Shown here one piece after another: positions 1-8,395 of a stretch of 64,000 nucleotides of DNA (positions within the stretch are counted from its first letter, which is position 1; the number at the start of each line of letters is the position of its first letter). This stretch comes from Bacillota bacterium (GTDB lineage Bacteria; Bacillota_I; Bacilli_A; RF39; UBA660): the NCBI GenBank assembly GCA_015059495.1, contig SVAI01000001.1:735811-799810 (forward strand). The letters run 5' to 3'. The position numbers were made by a program, and so were the translations under genes. The notes beneath the pieces are model-generated. The model was not told the DNA's origin. It worked only from the letters and a program-made list of their open reading frames with translations, and did no database searches.

Positions 1-159
1 ATCGACTATTTTGACAAGTAATCTATCATCATAAATACCACCAAATAATACTCCGTTATAATAAAGTAAATATTCTCCCATCATAGATTTACAAGTAATG
101 TTATCTAATAAGTTTAGTTGTTCTAAAATATAATCTCTATAATCTTTTGTAGTAGCCAT
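1..159 (-). CDS. TfoX N-terminal-domain-like protein, partial (C-terminus lies beyond the window start)
   Basis: Minus-strand ATG at 159..157 preceded by AGGAG. The translation MATTKDYRDYILEQLNLLDNITCKSMMGEYLLYYNGVLFGGIYDDRLLVKIVD... is open to the window edge. The MGEYLLYYNG-LFGGIYDD-LLVK pattern resembles the TfoX_N domain. Confidence 0.35.
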   Translation of the reverse strand, partial: MATTKDYRDYILEQLNLLDNITCKSMMGEYLLYYNGVLFGGIYDDRLLVKIVD

Positions 160-235
160 TATATCAACTCCTATAATTAATTATAACATAAAAGAACGAA
201 TTCTCATCCGTTCTATATATCTTAATATTCCGATT

Positions 236-454
236 TTAATATACTCTTTTATTTAAATCTATTGCATGTAATTGTAATTTAATTATAATTTGACTTATCT
301 CACTATCAGAAAACCCTAATTGTTTTAGTTCTTTTCTCTTCATCTTCCATAAGTCTTTAATTATTCTTATATCTTTTTCTTTAAGTTTATTTATAATCTT
401 TTTGTTAAGTTGTAATTCCTCTATATTTTTTTCTAAAATCATAATACTTACCAT
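236..454 (-). CDS. hypothetical small basic protein
   Basis: 72-aa ORF from the ORF track. It is tightly packed 1 nt downstream of the CarD-like gene. No motif recognised. Confidence 0.3.
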   Translation of the reverse strand: MVSIMILEKNIEELQLNKKIINKLKEKDIRIIKDLWKMKRKELKQLGFSDSEISQIIIKLQLHAIDLNKRVY

Positions 455-455
455 T

Positions 456-950
456 TTACTTAATTAATTCTTGTACTTTATTAACAACATATTCTTTTGT
501 TTCGTCAAAAGTCATATTTAATGCTATTGATAATTCATTATACAAATATTGTTCAGCTTTATTGAAATAGTTTGAATCTTTATCGCTTATTTTTTTCTTA
601 TTATTAATTCTTTCTTCATTTCTTAAATATGCGGTTTTAATTATCTTTATTAGATCTTCTTGAGTTCCATTATAAATTAAGTCTTTATATGTATTTTCAA
701 TATATTTATCTTCAATGTTTTTTAGAGGTTTTATATTTGGAATATTATTAATAAGTTTTTCAGCTTCTTCTTTAGAAATTATATCTCTAATATAACCCAT
801 TCTATTATCAGCAGGAACATCAATTATTAAGGAATCATCGTCTATTGGAACTAATATATAATAATCTAAACCATTCATTTTATTTTTCTTTACTTCTCTA
901 ACTTTGCATACATCTTTTTTGTATACTAAATAATCATTTGCCTTATACAT
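456..950 (-). CDS. CarD/CdnL-family RNAP-binding transcription factor
   Basis: The N-terminus YKANDYLVYKKDVCKVREVKKNKMNGLDYYILVPIDDDSLIIDVP matches the CarD_CdnL_TRCF RNAP-interacting domain pattern (G-D-V-V, G-V-x-I-Y-L). AAGGAGGG RBS upstream. Confidence 0.5.
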   Translation of the reverse strand: MYKANDYLVYKKDVCKVREVKKNKMNGLDYYILVPIDDDSLIIDVPADNRMGYIRDIISKEEAEKLINNIPNIKPLKNIEDKYIENTYKDLIYNGTQEDLIKIIKTAYLRNEERINNKKKISDKDSNYFNKAEQYLYNELSIALNMTFDETKEYVVNKVQELIK

Positions 951-1185
951 CTTATCCCTCCTTTAATTGTTTTAGAAAATAAAAATACGCAAGTCCTTAT
1001 ACAATCGGACTTACGCATTATTGCTACACTTGAATATAATTGACTTAAATATACCTCTTAACACTTATAATTATATCATTTTTTTCTTTTTTTCGTAAGC
1101 TTTAAAAGAAAAAATATTTTTTTAAAAGTATCACAACATTACTATTTTTTGATCTAAAAAATATTTAATAATAAACAAAAAAACG

Positions 1186-1210
1186 GAGCCTTTCGGCTCC
1201 AAGGGGGTTT
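1186..1210 (-). terminator. rho-independent terminator downstream of recG
   Basis: Minus-strand GGAGCC-gaaa-GGCTCC hairpin followed by TTTTTTT. It is preceded by the GC-rich motif CCAAAACCCCC. Confidence 0.6.
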
Positions 1211-1318
1211 TGGTTGATTACATAAGTCACATTACATCGTAAAATATGTAACCGATAAATTTTTTATAGCATAACTACTGTTATGCTATATCAATAATAA
1301 TAGATTTTTATAATTTTG

Positions 1319-3289
1319 TCAATTATTAAAATCTAAATTTTTCATAATATTTTGATAGTTATTGTCAACATGTCCATTCTTTAAATATTCTTCACTATCT
1401 TTTTTAGTTTGCATCAATATTTTATAGTCTCTTCTTATATCTCCAACTTTAAATGCCATGTCTCCACTTTGTCTAATACCAAAAAGATCACCTTCACCAC
1501 GCATTTCAAAATCCTTTTCAGATATATAAAAACCATCATTAGATTCCTCTAAAACTTTTAATCTATCTATATCTTTATCACATATTAAATAACAATAAGA
1601 AGTTAAATCATTTCTACCTACACGACCTCTTAACTGATGAAGTGTAGCAAGACCAAATCTCTCAGAATTATAAATAGCCATAACAGTAGCATTCTTAACA
1701 TCAATACCTACTTCAATAACAGTAGTACTAATTAATATTTGAATATGTCCATTCTTATATTCTTCCATTACTCTGTTTTTTTCAATCTTAGACATCTTAC
1801 CATGTAATATATCTATATTTACTTTAGATCCAAAAGCTTTAACATAATTATCTTTTAATTTCTTAATATCATTTAAATCACTATCTTCTTCATCTTCAAT
1901 TAAAGGAGCTACTACATATATTTGATGACCACTTTTTAATTCATTCCACATATTTTCAAGTACATCTTTAATTTCACTTTCTTTTTTAACCATTGTAACT
2001 ATTTCTTTTCTATTAGCTGGTTTACTCTTAATTAAAGATATATCCATATCACCATATAACGCTAATGCATAAGTTCTAGGTATAGGTGTAGCACTCATAT
2101 AAATAACATCAGTTAAAGTACCTTTATTTTGTAATATATTTCTTTGATTAACACCAAATCTATGTTGTTCATCTGTTATTACTAAACCTAAATTATTAAA
2201 TTCTACATTATCACTTAATATAGCATGAGTACCTATTAATATATCTATTTCCCCTAGTCTTAACTTTTCAATAACTTTCTTCTTTTCTGATGCTTTTAAA
2301 CTACCTACTAATAAACCTATTTTAAGGTCTTTAAATAACTTTGTAAGTGTTTCATAGTGTTGTACTGCTAAAACTTCTGTAGGAGCCATTAAAGCACCTT
2401 GATAGCCACCTAAATAGTTAATATATAAACCAATCGTAGCAACAATAGTTTTACCTGATCCAACATCCCCTAATAATAATCTATTCATTCTTTGAGGACT
2501 AACTAAATCTCTATAAATATCATTAACAGATGTTTCTTGATCTTCAGTTAACTTAAAAGGTAAACTATTAATAAATTCATCTACTTTACTTTTATCTACT
2601 TCTCTTTTTAATCCTATATTATTAATAGTTCTCTTATACTTTAAATAATTCATCTTAAACATAAAAGTAAAGAATTCTTCATATATAGTTCTAAGCTTAG
2701 CTTGTTTTAATAACTTAATATCACTAGGATTATGTAATATACTAATAGCACTACTCTTATCTATAAAGTTATACTTTTCACTATAAATACTAGGTATATA
2801 ATCATCTATATTATATGAAGGAACACTATTAATTAATTTATTTAATTGTTTAGAAGTAATACCACTAGTTAAATGATATACACTTTCAATAGTAGGTTTA
2901 TCTATAACTTCAAACTTAATATCACTAGCAACAAAACTATTAGTCTTATTATTATATTTACCTATTAAAGATATCTCTTTTCCTCTAATTAAATTATTCT
3001 TCATAAATGCTCTATTAAATATAACAACTTTAACTATTTTATTTTCAGTAATAATTCTAAAATTTAAACTATTGAAATTTCTTCTTATATAAGCTACCTT
3101 AACATCACTTTCAATAACACCAGTAATTAACCCTGGATTATCTATTGTATTACTTAATGTAGTTCTATTTAACATATTATATCTATAAGGATAATATGTT
3201 AATAAATCATAAGTATTATATATATTTAATTTATTCAAATTTGATACAATTTTAGGGCCAATTCCCTTTATTTTACTTAATTCTTCCAT
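1319..3289 (-). CDS. recG: ATP-dependent DNA helicase RecG
   Basis: 656 aa. Walker A GDVGSGKT, DEQHRFG box and helicase C motifs. Wedge-domain N-terminus. Confidence 0.9.
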   Translation of the reverse strand: MEELSKIKGIGPKIVSNLNKLNIYNTYDLLTYYPYRYNMLNRTTLSNTIDNPGLITGVIESDVKVAYIRRNFNSLNFRIITENKIVKVVIFNRAFMKNNLIRGKEISLIGKYNNKTNSFVASDIKFEVIDKPTIESVYHLTSGITSKQLNKLINSVPSYNIDDYIPSIYSEKYNFIDKSSAISILHNPSDIKLLKQAKLRTIYEEFFTFMFKMNYLKYKRTINNIGLKREVDKSKVDEFINSLPFKLTEDQETSVNDIYRDLVSPQRMNRLLLGDVGSGKTIVATIGLYINYLGGYQGALMAPTEVLAVQHYETLTKLFKDLKIGLLVGSLKASEKKKVIEKLRLGEIDILIGTHAILSDNVEFNNLGLVITDEQHRFGVNQRNILQNKGTLTDVIYMSATPIPRTYALALYGDMDISLIKSKPANRKEIVTMVKKESEIKDVLENMWNELKSGHQIYVVAPLIEDEEDSDLNDIKKLKDNYVKAFGSKVNIDILHGKMSKIEKNRVMEEYKNGHIQILISTTVIEVGIDVKNATVMAIYNSERFGLATLHQLRGRVGRNDLTSYCYLICDKDIDRLKVLEESNDGFYISEKDFEMRGEGDLFGIRQSGDMAFKVGDIRRDYKILMQTKKDSEEYLKNGHVDNNYQNIMKNLDFNN

Positions 3290-3505
3290 ATTTCAATTAA
3301 CCTTTACATTTATATGTAAATTATACCAAAAAAGTGTTGACTTTTAAAGGCTTTTACATTAGTATAGTAAATACCAATTAGCTTATTGGTTAATTGGTGC
3401 TAGTATCACACTAGCCAACCCCTTTTTATTCTTTTTTTGAGGTAGTTCCCAAGGGGGTCTACCTCTTTTTTGTTTGTTATGATATAATTACTAAGGTGAT
3501 AATAA

Positions 3506-3772
3506 ATGAAAAAAGAAAAAAGATGGTTATATAGTGCTTTAATAATTACAACATATGTAATCTATATTATTGCAAGAACTATATATTATTTAATTAATAA
3601 TAAAACATATGGAGATGTATACTTTGAATTTATGTTCTATCCACATTTAATATTTATGTTAGCAGGACTAATATTAAACTACATCTTATATTTTAAAAAT
3701 AATAAATATCTAAAATACACTATGATACTATGTTATATCATTGGTGTTATATTCTTATTTATAAACAAATAA
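3506..3772 (+). CDS. small integral membrane protein (hypothetical)
   Basis: 88 aa with 2-3 predicted TM helices. TGaTATAAT extended -10 and AGGTGA RBS upstream. Confidence 0.4.
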   Translation: MKKEKRWLYSALIITTYVIYIIARTIYYLINNKTYGDVYFEFMFYPHLIFMLAGLILNYILYFKNNKYLKYTMILCYIIGVIFLFINK

Positions 3773-3777
3773 AAGAC

Positions 3778-4872
3778 TCAAGATTCACTTGAGTCTTTAT
3801 TTTCTAATACTTTAATATCTACTTTATTAATAGCATCAAAACGTTTAGTAATCTTATCAGTAGTAATATTAATATCTTTAATATCTTTAGTTACTGTTTC
3901 AATACTTCTATTTAACTTATCCCAACGTACTCTATACTTACTAAATTCATCACTTAACTTAGATAATTCTAAATGAATTACTTTAGCATATTTATCTCTT
4001 TCCATATTCTTTAATATCATTTGAATAATAGATAATGTAGACATTAATGTAGTTGGAGATGTAATCCATACTCTCTTATCATAAGCATACTTTAATAAAT
4101 CATTATGATATGCATTAATCTCTGCAAATATTGCCTCAGCTGGTAAGAACATAATAGCTTGATCTGTTGTTTCACCTTTAATAATATACTTAGTTGATAT
4201 AGCATCAATATGCTTTTTAACATCACTCTTAAATAACTTAGCAGCTGCTTCTCTTTCAGTCATAGTTAATGATTTATCAGTCATTCTTTGATAATTTTCT
4301 AATGGGAACTTAGAGTCAATACCAATAGTACCAAGTGGCGCAGGAGCATAAAGTATTGCATCTACAATATAATCATTACTCATCTTATGTTGTAATTCAT
4401 ATATCTTAGAATTATTTTCTCCAAATATAGAACTTAAAATATAATTTAAATTAACTTCACCAAATATACCTCTAGTCTTTTTATCAGTTAATACACTTTG
4501 TAAAGAAACTATTTCAGATGATAATCCATCTATCTTCTTTTGTGCTTCATCTATCTTAGTTAATCTCTCTAAAATATTAGTAAATGTTTTATTAGTCTTT
4601 TCAAAATTAACATCTAATCTTTCATTTACTTTATCATTAATCTTATTTAATCTATCTTCAATTTTATCATTTAATTTATCAAAATCATCTCTTAAATTCT
4701 TTGAAAAATCAATCTTAAAATCTGCAATATCCTTTGTCATAGTAGTTTCAAATTTACCTAATCTTTCAGTAACATTTACTTCACTACCTCTATTTTTACT
4801 AACTTTAATTAATAATATAATTACAAGTATTATTAATAAACTAACTAATCCAATTATTATATAACTTTCCAT
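3778..4872 (-). CDS. rmuC: DNA recombination protein RmuC
   Basis: N-terminal TM helix, long coiled coil, then a C-terminal RmuC-type nuclease-like region (VDAILYAPAPLGTIGIDSKFPLENYQ). Confidence 0.65.
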   Translation of the reverse strand: MESYIIIGLVSLLIILVIILLIKVSKNRGSEVNVTERLGKFETTMTKDIADFKIDFSKNLRDDFDKLNDKIEDRLNKINDKVNERLDVNFEKTNKTFTNILERLTKIDEAQKKIDGLSSEIVSLQSVLTDKKTRGIFGEVNLNYILSSIFGENNSKIYELQHKMSNDYIVDAILYAPAPLGTIGIDSKFPLENYQRMTDKSLTMTEREAAAKLFKSDVKKHIDAISTKYIIKGETTDQAIMFLPAEAIFAEINAYHNDLLKYAYDKRVWITSPTTLMSTLSIIQMILKNMERDKYAKVIHLELSKLSDEFSKYRVRWDKLNRSIETVTKDIKDINITTDKITKRFDAINKVDIKVLENKDSSES

Positions 4873-4927
4873 AATATCTACCTCATATATATAATAACAC
4901 TAAAAGTAATACTTTATAAAGTATTAC

Positions 4928-5197
4928 TTAATTATTTAACAAAACTTGTACAACCTTATATCCATATAATTCAAGTATAGATACTACTCTTCTACTTTTA
5001 TTACCTTTGCTACAATAAATATAATATGTTTCATCTTTATTTAATAATCTATCTCTATTATAAAGTAATGTATCTTTATCTATATTAATAGCACCATTAA
5101 CATGGTGTTTTAAATATACTTCCTTACTCTCTATATCAATTAACTTACCCATTGAAGAATTATATTCATTAATATTAATAGTTTTAATAATAATCAC
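4928..5197 (-). CDS. single-domain rhodanese-like sulfurtransferase
   Basis: 89 aa. Active-site loop YIYCSKGNKSRR with catalytic Cys. Confidence 0.5.
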   Translation of the reverse strand: MIIIKTININEYNSSMGKLIDIESKEVYLKHHVNGAINIDKDTLLYNRDRLLNKDETYYIYCSKGNKSRRVVSILELYGYKVVQVLLNN

Positions 5198-5244
5198 CTC
5201 ATAATATTATATGAAATAAAAAAAGTTTAGTATAACTAAACTTT

Positions 5245-7566
5245 TTATTCATCATCTCCAAAGAAATCATCAAAGAATTCATCATCAGAAATAACATTTT
5301 CATCAACTACAATACTATCGGCATCAACGTTAACTCTTGGTTTAGGTACATCCATAGTTACACTAGGTTGTACAACATTTGGAGTTTGTACAGGTACAAC
5401 GTTTGGTGTAGAAACTGGAGTAACTTGTGGTGTTTCAACAACTGGAGTTGGTTTAACATCAACTTCTGGAGCAGGAACACTAACTGGTTCCTTCTTAATC
5501 ATATTATCAATACTTGGAAGTTCAATATTAGCTTCCTTAATATCATCTTCAATAATCTTCTTATTTTCAATAGCATCAGCTTTTTCTTCTTTTTCTAATT
5601 TAGCAAGTTCAGCTTTCTTTCTTGCTTCTTCAGCATCAAGCTCTGCTATCTTTTTATCAATATCTCTCATCATTTGATCGATATCAAGTTCAGATAAACC
5701 TCCAGGTCCAAAAGGATTCTTAGGCATTCCACCACCCATAGGGTTAGGTCCCATTGGATTTGGTCCCATAGGTCCAGGACCCATTGGAGGAATTCCTCCC
5801 ATAAATGGATTAAATCCTGGTCCCATACCCAATGGTTGAGACATTGAATTCATTGTTTGTTCTTGTTTTTTAGCTTTAACATAAGCTTTAATATCAAATA
5901 CTTCGATTGGTTTTACTTCTCTTGTTGGATATTTAGCTGGAGTTGTTGTATGTCCCCAATCTGTTTTAAAGTTAACTGGTAACTTAGTCTTAAATGGATG
6001 TGATCTTAAACGTAATAAAATCGCATCAGGCCAGTGCATATGTTGTAAGTCAGTAACTGTAATTAATGGAGTTGAAGCAGTCTTATCATCTTTCTTAGAC
6101 TTAACTTCACCACAGACTTTAGATATTTCTTCTAAAGCAGCTAACTCAGTAGAAATTAAGTAAATTGTGTTACCGCAGTTACCTTTAATTACTTCTCCTA
6201 CTTCTTTACCATATACATCATTTAACTGTGCATAGTTTTGAATAATAAATGTAAATCTTATTTTACGTGAACGTGCAGCAGAAACCATTGAATCAACATC
6301 TTTTAATGGAGGCATGTTTGCAAACTCATCTAAGATAAAGTTTGTTCTATATGGTAATTTACCACCATTTTCTTGAGCAACATCAATTAATGTTTCATAA
6401 CATTGTTTAACAAAGATAGTAGCAAGGCCATGATATGTTGTTTTTTCATCATGAATAATTAAGAATACTGCAGTCTTACCCTTACCAATATCTCTCATAT
6501 CAAAATCACTATGACCTAACATTTCAGATAGGTTATCACGTGATGTAAATGTTCTAATCTTTTCTCTAAATGAAGCTAAGATACCACCTTGAGTTTCATT
6601 AGGAGATTCAATAGTACCAGATGCAAATGTATAAGCATTTGACTTAGTACCCATCATTTTAAAATACTCGTTAATATATTTAGATGTACCAAATCTCTCA
6701 TCACCATCAGTAGTCATCGCATTAATTGAGTTTAAGTTAGTTTCTTCTTCTTTAGCATTTTCAAATAATGATAATGCACAACCTGCAAAGAAACTTGATG
6801 CAGACTTTTCCCAGAATGGGTCACTCTTATTAGTAACATCTAAGATTGAAGATGAAACATCATCTAAAAGCTCAATTGCTTTATCTTTATTACCTGCTTT
6901 ATAAAATTGATATGGTAAAGCAAGTGGATTCCATGCAGAACCATGTGTTGGTTCTCTGAAGTTTAATACAATAACTTTATATCCTAACGATTTTAAATAT
7001 TCAGCGCTTTCTTGATAAATTTCACCCTTAGGGTCTGTAATAATCATTGATTCATTATTCTTAGCTAAAATATTAACCATTGGTTTAACAACACATAATG
7101 TTTTACCTGAACCAGATGAACCAATAACTAATGAGTGGAACTCACCATTATCAACCCAAACATGACCTTTTTTATCAGCATAAACAGGAATACCAGCAGC
7201 ATTAGTTGATTGAGCATTAGAATCAATCATTTCAATATCATCTGCTTCTTTCATTTCCTTTAATTTAGCCCATCTATTATATCCTTTTTCTTCTTTTTCT
7301 CCTATTTTTAACCCTATTCCAGATCCATCTTTAGAGAATATATAAGAAGATACACTTGTAAATATTACTATTAAAGATGCAATAAATAATGTAAATGTAA
7401 TACCAATATATTTACCTGTAAAAGCTTCAAATGGTACTAAACCATAAAGTTTTCCATGAGCACCAAATTCAACAAAATTCAATACTGCTATTGCACATAA
7501 GTAAAGTAATAGTATACAAAATATAATAAAAATTATTAAATCATCTTTTGATACCCTAAATTTCAT
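5245..7566 (-). CDS. TraG/VirD4(TrwB)-family type IV coupling-protein-like ATPase with disordered C-terminal tail
   Basis: Two N-terminal TM helices. Walker A VIGSSGSGKT, ITDPKGEIY, SAWNPL, Walker B NFILDEFANMPPL, and a TraG-D_C-like IIQNYAQL stretch. The C-terminus carries PMGPNPMGPNPMGGG repeats, a coiled coil, a P/T/V-rich stretch and an acidic DDEFFDDFFGDDE end. Confidence 0.6.
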   Translation of the reverse strand: MKFRVSKDDLIIFIIFCILLLYLCAIAVLNFVEFGAHGKLYGLVPFEAFTGKYIGITFTLFIASLIVIFTSVSSYIFSKDGSGIGLKIGEKEEKGYNRWAKLKEMKEADDIEMIDSNAQSTNAAGIPVYADKKGHVWVDNGEFHSLVIGSSGSGKTLCVVKPMVNILAKNNESMIITDPKGEIYQESAEYLKSLGYKVIVLNFREPTHGSAWNPLALPYQFYKAGNKDKAIELLDDVSSSILDVTNKSDPFWEKSASSFFAGCALSLFENAKEEETNLNSINAMTTDGDERFGTSKYINEYFKMMGTKSNAYTFASGTIESPNETQGGILASFREKIRTFTSRDNLSEMLGHSDFDMRDIGKGKTAVFLIIHDEKTTYHGLATIFVKQCYETLIDVAQENGGKLPYRTNFILDEFANMPPLKDVDSMVSAARSRKIRFTFIIQNYAQLNDVYGKEVGEVIKGNCGNTIYLISTELAALEEISKVCGEVKSKKDDKTASTPLITVTDLQHMHWPDAILLRLRSHPFKTKLPVNFKTDWGHTTTPAKYPTREVKPIEVFDIKAYVKAKKQEQTMNSMSQPLGMGPGFNPFMGGIPPMGPGPMGPNPMGPNPMGGGMPKNPFGPGGLSELDIDQMMRDIDKKIAELDAEEARKKAELAKLEKEEKADAIENKKIIEDDIKEANIELPSIDNMIKKEPVSVPAPEVDVKPTPVVETPQVTPVSTPNVVPVQTPNVVQPSVTMDVPKPRVNVDADSIVVDENVISDDEFFDDFFGDDE

Positions 7567-7610
7567 ATATAATCACCTAATCTTTTATCATTATACTACA
7601 TATAATTAAT

Positions 7611-8384
7611 TTAATCTATTACATAATTACTATTTTTATAATTAATAATTACATTTGTAACATTACTACTTTCAGCAAGATAACCTTCTATTTTATTTAA
7701 TATAATACTATCATTACTATTATCTAAAATATTAATAATAGAATTAATATTATAAACATATAAAGCATCTTCTTTTCTCTCATCTATTAAAGTAATAACT
7801 TCATTATTATACTTTATTAAAACTAAATTATAATAATTATTAATATTATCATTATCTTCCATTGAAGATAAAACTATTATTTCATCTTCAACACCATTCT
7901 TATCTAAATCAATATCTACTACTTCATTAGTAGTTAAATATTTAAATGAACTAATACCATAATTTTGTAATAATAAATATTTATCATCATCATTTATTTC
8001 TCTAACAGTATATTCTCTAGGTACTACTTCAAAATCATTAGATACAGCAAGTAATCTACCTTTATAAGAAACAAATTCATATTTATCATTTAATAAATTC
8101 CATTTAGCAACATATTTTAATCTATAATTACCAAAATATTTATTATCTACAAATACCTTCATATTATTTAACGCTTCGATAGTATTTTTACTAGCCTTTG
8201 AAAAACTATTCTTCTCATATTTATATATGCCAGATTCACCAACAACCATATAATAAGTTGCAGTTTTTGTTGGTGTATTATTAGTTGTTGTACCTTGTTC
8301 TGGTTTACCAAGAACAAAGTACATTACTAATCCATATATTGAAAATATTACAATAGCAATTATTAACCCTTTTATATTTTTCAT
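7611..8384 (-). CDS. membrane-anchored hypothetical protein
   Basis: 257 aa with an N-terminal signal-anchor. It sits between the T4CP-like gene and the hydrolase gene. Confidence 0.4.
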   Translation of the reverse strand: MKNIKGLIIAIVIFSIYGLVMYFVLGKPEQGTTTNNTPTKTATYYMVVGESGIYKYEKNSFSKASKNTIEALNNMKVFVDNKYFGNYRLKYVAKWNLLNDKYEFVSYKGRLLAVSNDFEVVPREYTVREINDDDKYLLLQNYGISSFKYLTTNEVVDIDLDKNGVEDEIIVLSSMEDNDNINNYYNLVLIKYNNEVITLIDERKEDALYVYNINSIINILDNSNDSIILNKIEGYLAESSNVTNVIINYKNSNYVID

Positions 8385-8395
8385 ATCTTTTTCTC

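Noticed and set aside
5368-5598. Small antisense ORFs listed in the ORF track: 5368..5598, 8305..8547, 8983..9165, 11111..11371, 11491..11790, 19925..20125, 22091..22297, 22830..23114, 23199..23441, 25012..25197, 27659..27844, 36636..36827, 37668..37883, 38355..38567, 43724..43921, 56346..56624, 58184..58375, 62279..62467
   Set aside because: Each is nested in or antisense to a larger, well-supported CDS. Each lacks an RBS and has a compositionally biased translation.
5245-7566. FtsK/SpoIIIE or EssC (type VII) assignment for the 773-aa ATPase
   Set aside because: There is a single P-loop domain with TraG-type motifs (DPKGE, NPL, ILDEFANMP) and two N-terminal TM helices. It lacks the FtsK gamma domain and the triple-ATPase architecture of EssC.
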